A program made the position numbers and the translations under genes. Source: a virus. Taken from it: a DNA stretch of 64,000 nucleotides. Below are positions 10,701 through 18,412 of the stretch, one piece after another; positions within the stretch are counted from its first letter, which is position 1, and the number at the start of each line of letters is the position of its first letter. The DNA lies in the IMG/VR virus record IMGVR_UViG_3300012204_000008, positions 32,001-96,000 of that record, one strand, 5' to 3'. Below the pieces are notes generated by a model, which did no database searches, was not told the DNA's origin, and saw nothing but the letters and a program-made list of their open reading frames with translations.

Positions 10701-10852
10701 GATGGAACGGTCTTTATGAGAAATATAAGAAAGAGATATGGAATATCAAAAAAGATAGAGATTTGATATTGGTAAATGGATATAAGAGAAAGGAATTTCG
10801 CAGAGCCATTTATGCAAATAACATATGGATAATAAATACGGGGGAAATATGA
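7712..10852 (+). CDS. dnaE: DNA polymerase III alpha subunit (family C)
   Basis: PHP motifs LHHHSTYSYLDG, ALTEHGN, TGDVHY; GPARGSAAGS; catalytic PDIDLDF and KIDFLGL; YAFNRAHS; HhH and OB domains. Confidence 0.97.
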   Translation: MGDFVSLHHHSTYSYLDGYATPEEHIIAAANLEMPAMALTEHGNISSHVKLEQAANKHGIKPLFGIEAYTGKVDEDRSRWKWHLTILAMNQEGYRNLLRITSKGWAEGFFYEPTISGEMLAEHNEGLIVLSGCSGSKMACDLLGGKGVPPHEVDYGSAIATANKFRDLFGDRYYLETQAFPELERTRSINQAWERVSEETGIPIVATGDVHYPRPKDGEMQVILHAIDRGGRNNTVEKQLQSWGYDIKLTNFRDEIVLQKLIATGLSSLAAEQAIANTGLIADRCNVTLPKLKELQFPSKTPNEELFRQWLRKGWNYRGFDNLIGEERGRYLRRLKHEISLIVEKGFIDYFLVISDVVRFAKREGIPVGPARGSAAGSLACFLLRITEVNPMLFSNLLFERFIDKNRHDIPDIDLDFDDEQRWKIRQYLCDQYGEDRVGNIGTFVKYKGRNSLIDVARVHKVPVWALEGVKEKLIERSSGDLRANATIEDTIEMFPDVKKIFEQFPELYLAKRLEGNLRGFSVHAAGLVVANEPLTNSVAVYTRIDSKTGNRGEVLSIDKYDAEYLNALKIDFLGLKTMGVIRRCLELTGMSLEELYKLPLDDPEVYAGFKRNEVIGIFQFDGRAMRSVNREVKPDNFSELADINALSRPGPLHSGAAAEYIMVKHRKKEQEDLGEVVARITEDSNGQIVYQESILQVVRELGGFSWEEAARIRKLISKKQGEQAFQQMRMKFIKGAIGNDLEERIADKVWKQLVTAGAYAFNRAHSISYSIIAYWTMWIKQHFPLQFYCASLQKYDPKTKGFDLLKEAKKKEIPVLPPHPIRSEITWSINKELGGLQAGITQIPGIGEKIATAMIDYREAGISEIKEWKDYLPVRGIGPKTIESLEEFSTTEDPFGLDLLTKTLEKVRAWLWENGDAEGLPFPTSTAEDIPYSDIAGQHVWLGTVREINLKDVIELHRSRTGEELNPATIKQPEYLNYAVLTCEDQTGPLVITVHRWNGLYEKYKKEIWNIKKDRDLILVNGYKRKEFRRAIYANNIWIINTGEI

Positions 10853-11511
10853 AAGTTTGCACTATTTGCAAAGAATTAAAAGAAGATGTGGAATTCTATC
10901 ACACCCCAAGAAATAAAAATGGATTAACAAGTCGATGCAAAAAATGTCACAGTGAGATGGTGAAACAGTGTTCCAAAAATCTTAAGGCCTTTATGGTGAA
11001 CGGATACGGCGGTAAATGTAATTGCTGCTTTGAAGAGAATATTAAATTTCTAACTATAGATCATGTAGACGGTGGAGGAAGGTCTCATAGAAAAGAGTTG
11101 GGAAGAAAAAGAGTTTACTCTATAGCAATTCAAAATAATTTTCCTGAGGAATATCAGATATTGTGTTACAATTGCAACATTGCAAGATCTTACCATGGGC
11201 ATGGAATATGTCCGCATAAGAAAATTCCAGAAACTAGATATAAAAACCACAATTTAATAAAGATATGGGAAAAAGTTTTAGAGGCGTATGGAGGAAAATG
11301 TGAGTGTTGTTCCGAGATAAATGAATTTTTTCTTTCGATTGATCATATTGATCCATCCGATAAAAATAGAAAATTGAAGGGTGGTATACATCTATATAGG
11401 AGACTTATTAGAGAAAATTTTCCTAACGATGTTAGATTGTTATGCTATAACTGTAATTGTGCGAGGTCCAAAAATTATGGAATATGCCCTCATAAATACA
11501 TAGAAGGATAG
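10849..11511 (+). CDS. Free-standing HNH endonuclease with two tandem HNH domains
   Basis: N-terminal CxxC...CxxC, then two copies of YGGKCxCC...LxIDH...LCYNCN...GICPHK; AT-rich. Confidence 0.85.
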   Translation: MKVCTICKELKEDVEFYHTPRNKNGLTSRCKKCHSEMVKQCSKNLKAFMVNGYGGKCNCCFEENIKFLTIDHVDGGGRSHRKELGRKRVYSIAIQNNFPEEYQILCYNCNIARSYHGHGICPHKKIPETRYKNHNLIKIWEKVLEAYGGKCECCSEINEFFLSIDHIDPSDKNRKLKGGIHLYRRLIRENFPNDVRLLCYNCNCARSKNYGICPHKYIEG

Positions 11512-11519
11512 GAGATTCT

Positions 11520-12089
11520 ATGAAGCTAGAGCTCATTGAAAAAATGGACAATGTATACATGAAGTACAATCGCGCTCTAAGAGGAATTGAGATCAAGGAA
11601 GAGATAGATGAGATAGCGATCCTTTTTGAGAATAGAGAATTACTTGGACAATTTGTTGCTAACGCTGGGGAAGATTGGAACCATTTCGGCTCAGCTAGAG
11701 ATCTAGTATATACACGGCCAATGGATACTTCTTACCGTGTAATGTATGAGTTTTTTAATGTTGGAGGCAGACCATATAGGGTAGAAGCAATGGCGCTTAT
11801 TGATGGGCATTCGCCAGTCCATGCCTCTGCTACAGCCTTATTTCCTTATATGCCAAGTCCAGAATTGAAAATGGAATCACCACTTATCATTCATGCAAGT
11901 TGGAAATCCAAGAGTCGTTCATTGTACGGAGAAACCCTATGGCTTTTAGGGGTCAATCATTTTGAATTAGCGCAACAGTGCAAATCAGATTATGGAGAGT
12001 TCTGTTATTATAACCATCCACATTTAGGTTTCTCACCACCAATATACTTCAAGCCAAGACTAAACATGAGGGATGAAATTTATGGATAA
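11520..12089 (+). CDS. Putative VOC/glyoxalase-fold protein
   Basis: IDEIAILF / RVEAM...GHSP / IIHASWK / YGEFCYY parallel the strands of methylmalonyl-CoA-epimerase-like VOC proteins; AGGAG SD. Confidence 0.45.
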   Translation: MKLELIEKMDNVYMKYNRALRGIEIKEEIDEIAILFENRELLGQFVANAGEDWNHFGSARDLVYTRPMDTSYRVMYEFFNVGGRPYRVEAMALIDGHSPVHASATALFPYMPSPELKMESPLIIHASWKSKSRSLYGETLWLLGVNHFELAQQCKSDYGEFCYYNHPHLGFSPPIYFKPRLNMRDEIYG

Positions 12090-12786
12090 AGAAAAAGTTC
12101 TAGTTGTAGGTGCAAGACAAAATTCTCTAGGAGAAGCTGTTGCAAAACTCCTAAAAGAAGGAGACAATTTTTTTGAAGTTGTTACAGCGGGCCTAAATTA
12201 TGGAGGTCTTCAACCTCATGAGGATTATTCGCTAGATATTACCTCTTCTAATTCTTCATTGGCTCTAATTCTGAAAGAAATTCAGCCGAGGATCATCGTT
12301 TGTACGACCGGAATCAACGAACCATTTTCAATCTTAAAAGATGGTTTTATCGGTAACATTTGGAATCAAATGGAAATTAATTATTGTGGTGTCATGAATT
12401 TACTAAGCTGCTGCCTCAAGATAGACCTAGATCTTTCTCAGTTCGTAGCTGTCAGTAGTAATAGCGCCCATATTCCACGTAGTGAAAGTCTCGGATACTG
12501 TGCAAGTAAGGCTGCATTGAGCATGGGAATAAGAGTTGCAGCCAGAGAGGTGGCAAAAAATCTTAATTCACCTCCCTCGATCTATTGTTATGAGTTTGGT
12601 TTGCTTGAGGGTACGCCCATGACCAAAAAATTAGAAGAGAACTACGGATCTAATCTCACGAGAATGGTTGAATTACCAAGAGGGATTCCATTGGAGTTCG
12701 CGGCCATACATATTTACAACAATATTAGATATGGTGCAGAAGAACTTAACGGGGTCTGTCTCAGAATCGACAATGGAGAGATATAA
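12073..12786 (+). CDS. Short-chain dehydrogenase/reductase (SDR)
   Basis: VLVVGA..SLG Rossmann strand, AVSSNSA catalytic Ser, YCASK (YxxxK). Confidence 0.85.
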   Translation: MKFMDKEKVLVVGARQNSLGEAVAKLLKEGDNFFEVVTAGLNYGGLQPHEDYSLDITSSNSSLALILKEIQPRIIVCTTGINEPFSILKDGFIGNIWNQMEINYCGVMNLLSCCLKIDLDLSQFVAVSSNSAHIPRSESLGYCASKAALSMGIRVAAREVAKNLNSPPSIYCYEFGLLEGTPMTKKLEENYGSNLTRMVELPRGIPLEFAAIHIYNNIRYGAEELNGVCLRIDNGEI

Positions 12787-14796
12787 ATGAAACAAGAAAT
12801 TAGTAAGTTTGCTGATATCGCAATGTACCAGTCAGAAGAGATGCCAGATAATACAAAAAGTGCCCCAAAAGTTTACCTTCTCAACATGACAAGGGATCCC
12901 CTAGGATCAATTGCCGCAGCTTGCCAAATGTATGAGGGGAAGGTTATCAGAGATCTCTCACAAGTAACAGACGAACAAAGAAAGCGATATTTTGAACAAG
13001 TTCAAAAGACACATCTGCAAGCACCATTTGAATTTGTGGACTTCCATTTCATGATCGAGGGAGTAACTCGCGCCTTTACACACCAAATCGTCCGTCAACG
13101 TACGGCCTGTCTCTCTGGAGATACAGAAATTTATACAGAAAGAAAAGATAGACGTAGAACTATTGCTCAATTATATGATCAATGGAACAAAGGGGGGAAT
13201 CTTCGAGGTCCTTTAAGCAGAATAAAAATTAGAACTGTTACAGATGAAGGGATGATTGTTTATAGGACCATAGGGGCAGTATATCAAAATGGAATAAAGG
13301 ATGTTTGGGAAGTTAAAACTCATGATGGGAAAACTATAAAAACAACCGAAGATCATTTGTTATGGAGACCGAATAAAGAGTGGTCTGAGTTGCAAGATCT
13401 AAAAGTGGGAGATGAAATAGTAGCCAATGGCGTAGAGTTAGTCAAAGATGAGAAATGGCTTCACGATAAAATTGAGCAAGGTCTAAATTACGCACAAATC
13501 GCAAGGCTATCAAATTGTTCCAAACCCACCATCAAGAAATACTGCATAAGATATAATTTGTTTCCAAAGTCAAATGTAGATCTCGCAGCAGATGAGACAT
13601 GGTTAAAACAAAAAGTTAGCGAAGGATTTTCAACTAAACAAATAGCTGAGTTAGCTGATTGCTCAACTTCTCATGTGAAAAAATATCGTAGAGTCTACGA
13701 TATCCATGGACAAGGTGGTGTTCCAGTAGGTTTCAAACATTCTGAAGAATCCAAGATGAATATGAGAGGACCTAAGCCGAAATGGTCAGAGGAAGCTAAA
13801 CAAAAATTCAGCAAATGGTGTTTAGAAAATAGGGGAGGGAAAAACCCAGAAAATTATTCTGGAATGGATCCAGGACATAGAGTAGCCCAGGTCTTGTTCA
13901 ATCACCTTAAAGAAAAAGGCTGTGCTTGGTGCGGTGAAAACCATGGAAGAATGCAATTGGCACATTTAGACGGAAATCCAATGAATAATAAGCCAGGAAA
14001 TGTACAAGCTATGTGCAATCCATGCCATCATGCGATGGATACAGGATCTCTGCCAAGAAAAACATATCCGACAAAGATAGTTTCAATCTCTTATATCGGA
14101 AAGGAGATGACTTATGATATAGAAATGAATGGTGAATATCATAGATTTGTTGCTAATGGCTTAGTTGTTCATAATTGCTATGCCCAAGAGAGTCTAAGGT
14201 TTGCCGTTAAGAATAATTTACGTGAAGAGGTTAGGTTGCCACCTTCTCTTGCTAACACCACTTACGATGCAGAAGAACTAGACGAAGACAGCTATACCCT
14301 GGCCAGCAATGAACAGAGAATGAGAATGGATTGGGAACACGCTATTGACCAGATGGAGCAGATGTACCACAAGCTCATTGACAAAGGAATGCCAGCAGAG
14401 GACGCACGTGGCCTGCTGCCACATTCTGTGACCACACGGCTGCACTACAAGACCAACCTACGTGGGCTTCTAGAGCACCTTGGTAATCGTTTATGCACGC
14501 AAGCACAATTCGAATGGCGTTCAGTGGCCTCTGGAATCGTGCAAGCTATTAGAGAGTTTCCTTGCGAGAAAGAGTTTCGTTGGCAGCAAGAAACACTGTC
14601 GGAGATTTTTCGACCAGTCTGTTATCAATTAGGGCATTGTGCCTTCATGGCTGACTTTGATAGATACTGCTCTATTCGAGACCGTGTAGAAGAGCATCAC
14701 AAGAAGGGAGAACCCTCTACTATTTGGCTCGATATCCACCCGTCAGAATGGTTGAATAACCCAACAGGAGCTAGGGAGAAAAGAAATGATCTGTAA
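12787..14796 (+). CDS. thyX: Flavin-dependent thymidylate synthase (ThyX) homolog, intein-containing (313 aa after splicing)
   Basis: APFEF, EGVTRAFTHQIVRQRTA|CYAQESLRF, PAEDARGLLP, NLRGL, RLCTQAQFEWR. Confidence 0.9.
   Translation: MKQEISKFADIAMYQSEEMPDNTKSAPKVYLLNMTRDPLGSIAAACQMYEGKVIRDLSQVTDEQRKRYFEQVQKTHLQAPFEFVDFHFMIEGVTRAFTHQIVRQRTACLSGDTEIYTERKDRRRTIAQLYDQWNKGGNLRGPLSRIKIRTVTDEGMIVYRTIGAVYQNGIKDVWEVKTHDGKTIKTTEDHLLWRPNKEWSELQDLKVGDEIVANGVELVKDEKWLHDKIEQGLNYAQIARLSNCSKPTIKKYCIRYNLFPKSNVDLAADETWLKQKVSEGFSTKQIAELADCSTSHVKKYRRVYDIHGQGGVPVGFKHSEESKMNMRGPKPKWSEEAKQKFSKWCLENRGGKNPENYSGMDPGHRVAQVLFNHLKEKGCAWCGENHGRMQLAHLDGNPMNNKPGNVQAMCNPCHHAMDTGSLPRKTYPTKIVSISYIGKEMTYDIEMNGEYHRFVANGLVVHNCYAQESLRFAVKNNLREEVRLPPSLANTTYDAEELDEDSYTLASNEQRMRMDWEHAIDQMEQMYHKLIDKGMPAEDARGLLPHSVTTRLHYKTNLRGLLEHLGNRLCTQAQFEWRSVASGIVQAIREFPCEKEFRWQQETLSEIFRPVCYQLGHCAFMADFDRYCSIRDRVEEHHKKGEPSTIWLDIHPSEWLNNPTGAREKRNDL
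13108..14175 (+). mobile_element. Intein (356 aa) with HTH x2, NUMOD3 and HNH endonuclease
   Basis: Starts CLSGDTEI, block B TTEDH, block F TYDIEM, ends VVHN with +1 Cys; internal GFKHSEESK and CAWC...AHLDGNPMNN...CNPCH; AT-rich. Confidence 0.93.
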
Positions 14797-14887
14797 AGTT
14801 TGCGGCAAAGAAATACTAATGATGACGTACAAATATACTCCATACTGCTGTGGAGTTTGTTCTAAGAAAGATGGAAATAGTTCGTAG
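14786..14887 (+). CDS. 33-aa zinc-finger microprotein (not in ORF track)
   Basis: MICKVCGK...YCCGVC; GGGAG SD upstream. Confidence 0.55.
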   Translation: MICKVCGKEILMMTYKYTPYCCGVCSKKDGNSS

Positions 14888-14898
14888 GAGAAGGAGTT

Positions 14899-15483
14899 AT
14901 GTTTAAGTCATGGGAAATTAGAGGGAGCGATCCGTGCTTAGTAATTAACTCATTCGATCCAGGTGTAACTACTGGATGGTCTATACATAGGATACCGATA
15001 AAGGAGTTAGTGTCTGAAGGTTTCAAAGCAAGCATACATTGCGAGTCCTTCTGTTGGAATTCAGGGGAGATATACAAATTCCGCAAAGAGAATCAAACGA
15101 TAGCAGATATGCTAAAGGTGTCTAGATTCGCTTGGTCACTGGCAGAGGAAGAAAATGGAGACGTTTTCGTTATAATACTAGAAGACTTTATACTAGACAC
15201 ATTAGATTCCTCCCGTGACCTACTTTCCCCCGTTAGAATAAATGCTAAGTTTGACTACGCCATGAAAGATTCCGGTATCTGTATCGTTATGCAACTAGCT
15301 AGCGAAGCTATGTGGACAGTGACAGATGCCCGTCTTAAATCGTGGGGACTGTATAAGGCCGGTTTACAACATGCGAGAGACGCCCAACGCCACGCCATCC
15401 TATTTGCACGAAAATACGCCTCAAAAGTTGATCTCAGAAATAAGATAGATGCTTATAATCACAATGGTCATGGTGCTCATTAA
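14899..15483 (+). CDS. RuvC-like Holliday junction resolvase
   Basis: SFDPGVTTGW, ILEDF, HARDAQRH RNase H-fold acidic motifs; AAGGAG SD. Confidence 0.75.
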   Translation: MFKSWEIRGSDPCLVINSFDPGVTTGWSIHRIPIKELVSEGFKASIHCESFCWNSGEIYKFRKENQTIADMLKVSRFAWSLAEEENGDVFVIILEDFILDTLDSSRDLLSPVRINAKFDYAMKDSGICIVMQLASEAMWTVTDARLKSWGLYKAGLQHARDAQRHAILFARKYASKVDLRNKIDAYNHNGHGAH

Positions 15484-15492
15484 AATTGTCCT

Positions 15493-16188
15493 GTGTTTTG
15501 CTACACTGAAAAAGTGGCAGAACGTAATTACTTTATAGATAAGTATGGAAATGATTCTTGGAAACAAAATGGGCACGGAGAATGGTATTGGGACAACGGT
15601 TATTGGGATAGAGACTACAACAATCCCTTCACCCGTTGTAGGGCTTTCAAAAAAAAGGGTCAAAGTAAAAATAGATGCAAGAAGCTAGCTGGTGCGGGCA
15701 CTGGTCATGACGGATATGGAGTATGCCGTATTCATGGTGGCTCCGATGAGATAGTAGAAAGAGTGTGGAAGATGGCATTTGATATCTCTAAGGAGTTAGA
15801 TATTACTCCTTGGGAGGCACTTCTCCTTGTTGTTAGAAAAACTGCCGGTCGGGCAAACTGGATAGATCATAAGCTAGAAGAGGTTTTACGAGAAACAGAC
15901 GGTAATAATGGTTCTGTAACATTATTCAATTGGATGAAAGAGAGTCGTTATGAAAGAAAGTTAATGATGAGTGCTGCTGTAGCAGCAATACAATCAGGTG
16001 TTGAGGAAAGAATGGTAAGACAAATAGAGATGGAGGGGGAATTAGTTACTGCTGCCGCTATTGCAGCGATAGATGCTCTTGGTCTTACGCCAGATCAAAG
16101 ACTGATTGCATTAGCGGCTGGACTCAATAAATTGAAGTCGATTGAGAGTACGAAACAAGAAAAAACAATCATGGGAGAGCTGGAATAA
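15493..16188 (+). CDS. terS: Terminase small subunit-like protein (HGGxSTG-type zinc domain)
   Basis: RC...RC...GTGHDGYGVCRIHGG followed by a helical region; upstream of TerL. Confidence 0.6.
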   Translation: MFCYTEKVAERNYFIDKYGNDSWKQNGHGEWYWDNGYWDRDYNNPFTRCRAFKKKGQSKNRCKKLAGAGTGHDGYGVCRIHGGSDEIVERVWKMAFDISKELDITPWEALLLVVRKTAGRANWIDHKLEEVLRETDGNNGSVTLFNWMKESRYERKLMMSAAVAAIQSGVEERMVRQIEMEGELVTAAAIAAIDALGLTPDQRLIALAAGLNKLKSIESTKQEKTIMGELE

Positions 16189-16665
16189 ATGACTGTCTAT
16201 GAAGTGGAAAATACTATAAAGACGTTGTTGCCTCCTGTAGAGGAGATTAATCAGACTGGAACATGGAGGCTCCCTGTCAAAAACGGTAAAGAGACAGTAG
16301 AATTTTTCGGTAAGTTTCTTGGTATGGCAACAACCCACCAGGAAGAGCATAATGAAAGAGCCCATGAGGATGCTAGTTTCAAATGCTCTGCCTGCAGATG
16401 GTTTGAGCCAAGGATCTTTCTAGACACTGAGGCTGAGCCTAATATGTATATTGTTCATCTTGCCTATATGACTACTGTTCCAGGTGAGATAGAGAAAAGC
16501 AAAATTGAGAAAACTCCTTCGGCGAATGAAGTGATGGAGATTCTAACCTCTAGAAATAGAACAGGGCAGATTTTCCTATCTCAGCCAGCTAGAAGAGTCC
16601 TATCTCAAGCTACTAAGTTTGATCAAGAGATTCTCGATGCCTGGATAAATCGAGCGCTGGCATAA
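16189..16665 (+). CDS. Hypothetical phage protein (CSACRW motif)
   Basis: ORF track; abuts upstream stop. Confidence 0.7.
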   Translation: MTVYEVENTIKTLLPPVEEINQTGTWRLPVKNGKETVEFFGKFLGMATTHQEEHNERAHEDASFKCSACRWFEPRIFLDTEAEPNMYIVHLAYMTTVPGEIEKSKIEKTPSANEVMEILTSRNRTGQIFLSQPARRVLSQATKFDQEILDAWINRALA

Positions 16666-16672
16666 AGAAGCA

Positions 16673-16864
16673 ATGCAGAGAACCTTAAGAGAAGACTTGT
16701 ATTGTTGGAAGCATCATTTATGGTGGGACCAACATACGCTTAGATGGGAGTGTGATGTAGATATCGCATTTAGATTAGTATTTCAAATGGATGGAGAGAA
16801 TTTTCTGCCAAGGAGATTTTCTGGGCGGCAAATAGTTGACGTGGAAACAGGGGATTATCTATGA
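16673..16864 (+). CDS. Hypothetical protein
   Basis: ORF track; ATGA overlap with terL. Confidence 0.5.
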   Translation: MQRTLREDLYCWKHHLWWDQHTLRWECDVDIAFRLVFQMDGENFLPRRFSGRQIVDVETGDYL

Positions 16865-18408
16865 ATTCTCTAGGCGATATGGAAAAAGAAATCGCTGGTA
16901 AAGCGTCGGCTAGACTGTTGGAAGAATTAACGAAAGCAAGCGGTCAAAGTACAGCACATGCTGGTTCAATTGAGAAAGAAACTTCCTTCTTGATCTCCCT
17001 CATCAAGAAAACTAGCTCAGAAAAAATTGACGAAGAGGAAATCAGTAATGCTATAATTCAAGCAGTCCAAAATAGACCAATCAGTATGCTACCTCATCAG
17101 ATACCACCTAAAGGTGACTGGCTAGGTTGGCTCATGTGCGGTGGGCGCGGCGCGGGCAAAACCCAGGCTCTTTCGCAATATGTTATTGATCATATCAATG
17201 GTCCCGCGTGTCTAACTGGCCCGTCCCCTCACTGGGTAGCAATCATAGCGCCAACATTGGGTGACGCAGCAACTTCAATGTTTTACGGGCCCAGCGGTAT
17301 AAGATCAATGGATCCAACGGCGAAGCTAACCAACGCCGCTGGTGGATTAGTGGTGAAATGGCCTAATGAGAGCCAGGCAAAACTCTTTGGCGCTAGAGAT
17401 CCCGAGGATCAAGAACGTTTACGTTCTGGTGGCAACAGATGTCTTTCGATTCTAGAAGAGCTAGCTGCGTGGAGATACCTTGAGGATTGTTTCAACCACA
17501 TGCGTTTCGGACTGCGTGTCGGTCCCAGACCTCGTTGGATCGGTGCAACAACTCCCAAACCTAGAGACTTAATTAAAAAAATTGTAAAAGGAGAAATGAA
17601 AAATGTCGTAGTCACTAAAGCTACGATGTGGGACAATCCTTATCTACCAGAACACATTATAGAGTCATTTGAAGAAGAGTACGGCAAGGGACAATTAGGT
17701 CGTCAAGAACTTTATGCTGAACTTATTGAGCAAGATGAAAACGCCTTATGGACCCGCTCCGAGATTGATGCCAATCGTGTAGATGAGGCTCCACAACTAC
17801 AACGTATAACAGTTGGAGTCGACCCTTCTGGTGGCCGTGGTGAACAAGGAATTATAGTAGCTGGAAAGAGCATCTCGAGAATTATGGTGAAAGATAGGCC
17901 AAAGATAATAGAAGAAGGTTTCGTATTAGATGATAGAACCTGCCGCCTATCACCGAATGGTTGGGGACGTCGTGCCGTACAAGCTGCTATAGACTGGGAA
18001 GCAGACGATATAGTAGTAGAAACTAACTTCGGTGGGGATATGGCAATGGCTACTATCTCAGGTGCTGCCGAAGATATGGGAATTTTAATACCAGTGCGAA
18101 AAGTAATTGCCTCTAGAGGAAAGCGCCCAAGGGCTGAACCAGTTTCTGCTCTCACCTCTCGCGGCCATTGGCATCATGTCGGCAGATTTGAAACTCTAGA
18201 AGAGCAGATGTGTATTTGGTATCCAGAATTAGATTGGTCACCTGACCGCATGGATGCGATGGTTTGGGACGCATGGCATCTAAAACTAGTTAGACTCACT
18301 GCTCGAGGTAAGGGCCGCTTCCCTGGAAAGGAAATGGGAGAGAAAGTAGATGGGCGAAGCCGAATGGATAATGTAATTGATCTTAATTCTCGTAGGTCGG
18401 TAGGTTAG
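16861..18408 (+). CDS. terL: Terminase large subunit
   Basis: LPHQ, Walker A GGRGAGKT, Walker B ILEELAAW, ATTPKP, DNPYL, nuclease VGVDPS, VETNFGG, SPDRMDA. Confidence 0.95.
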   Translation: MNSLGDMEKEIAGKASARLLEELTKASGQSTAHAGSIEKETSFLISLIKKTSSEKIDEEEISNAIIQAVQNRPISMLPHQIPPKGDWLGWLMCGGRGAGKTQALSQYVIDHINGPACLTGPSPHWVAIIAPTLGDAATSMFYGPSGIRSMDPTAKLTNAAGGLVVKWPNESQAKLFGARDPEDQERLRSGGNRCLSILEELAAWRYLEDCFNHMRFGLRVGPRPRWIGATTPKPRDLIKKIVKGEMKNVVVTKATMWDNPYLPEHIIESFEEEYGKGQLGRQELYAELIEQDENALWTRSEIDANRVDEAPQLQRITVGVDPSGGRGEQGIIVAGKSISRIMVKDRPKIIEEGFVLDDRTCRLSPNGWGRRAVQAAIDWEADDIVVETNFGGDMAMATISGAAEDMGILIPVRKVIASRGKRPRAEPVSALTSRGHWHHVGRFETLEEQMCIWYPELDWSPDRMDAMVWDAWHLKLVRLTARGKGRFPGKEMGEKVDGRSRMDNVIDLNSRRSVG

Positions 18409-18412
18409 AGAA

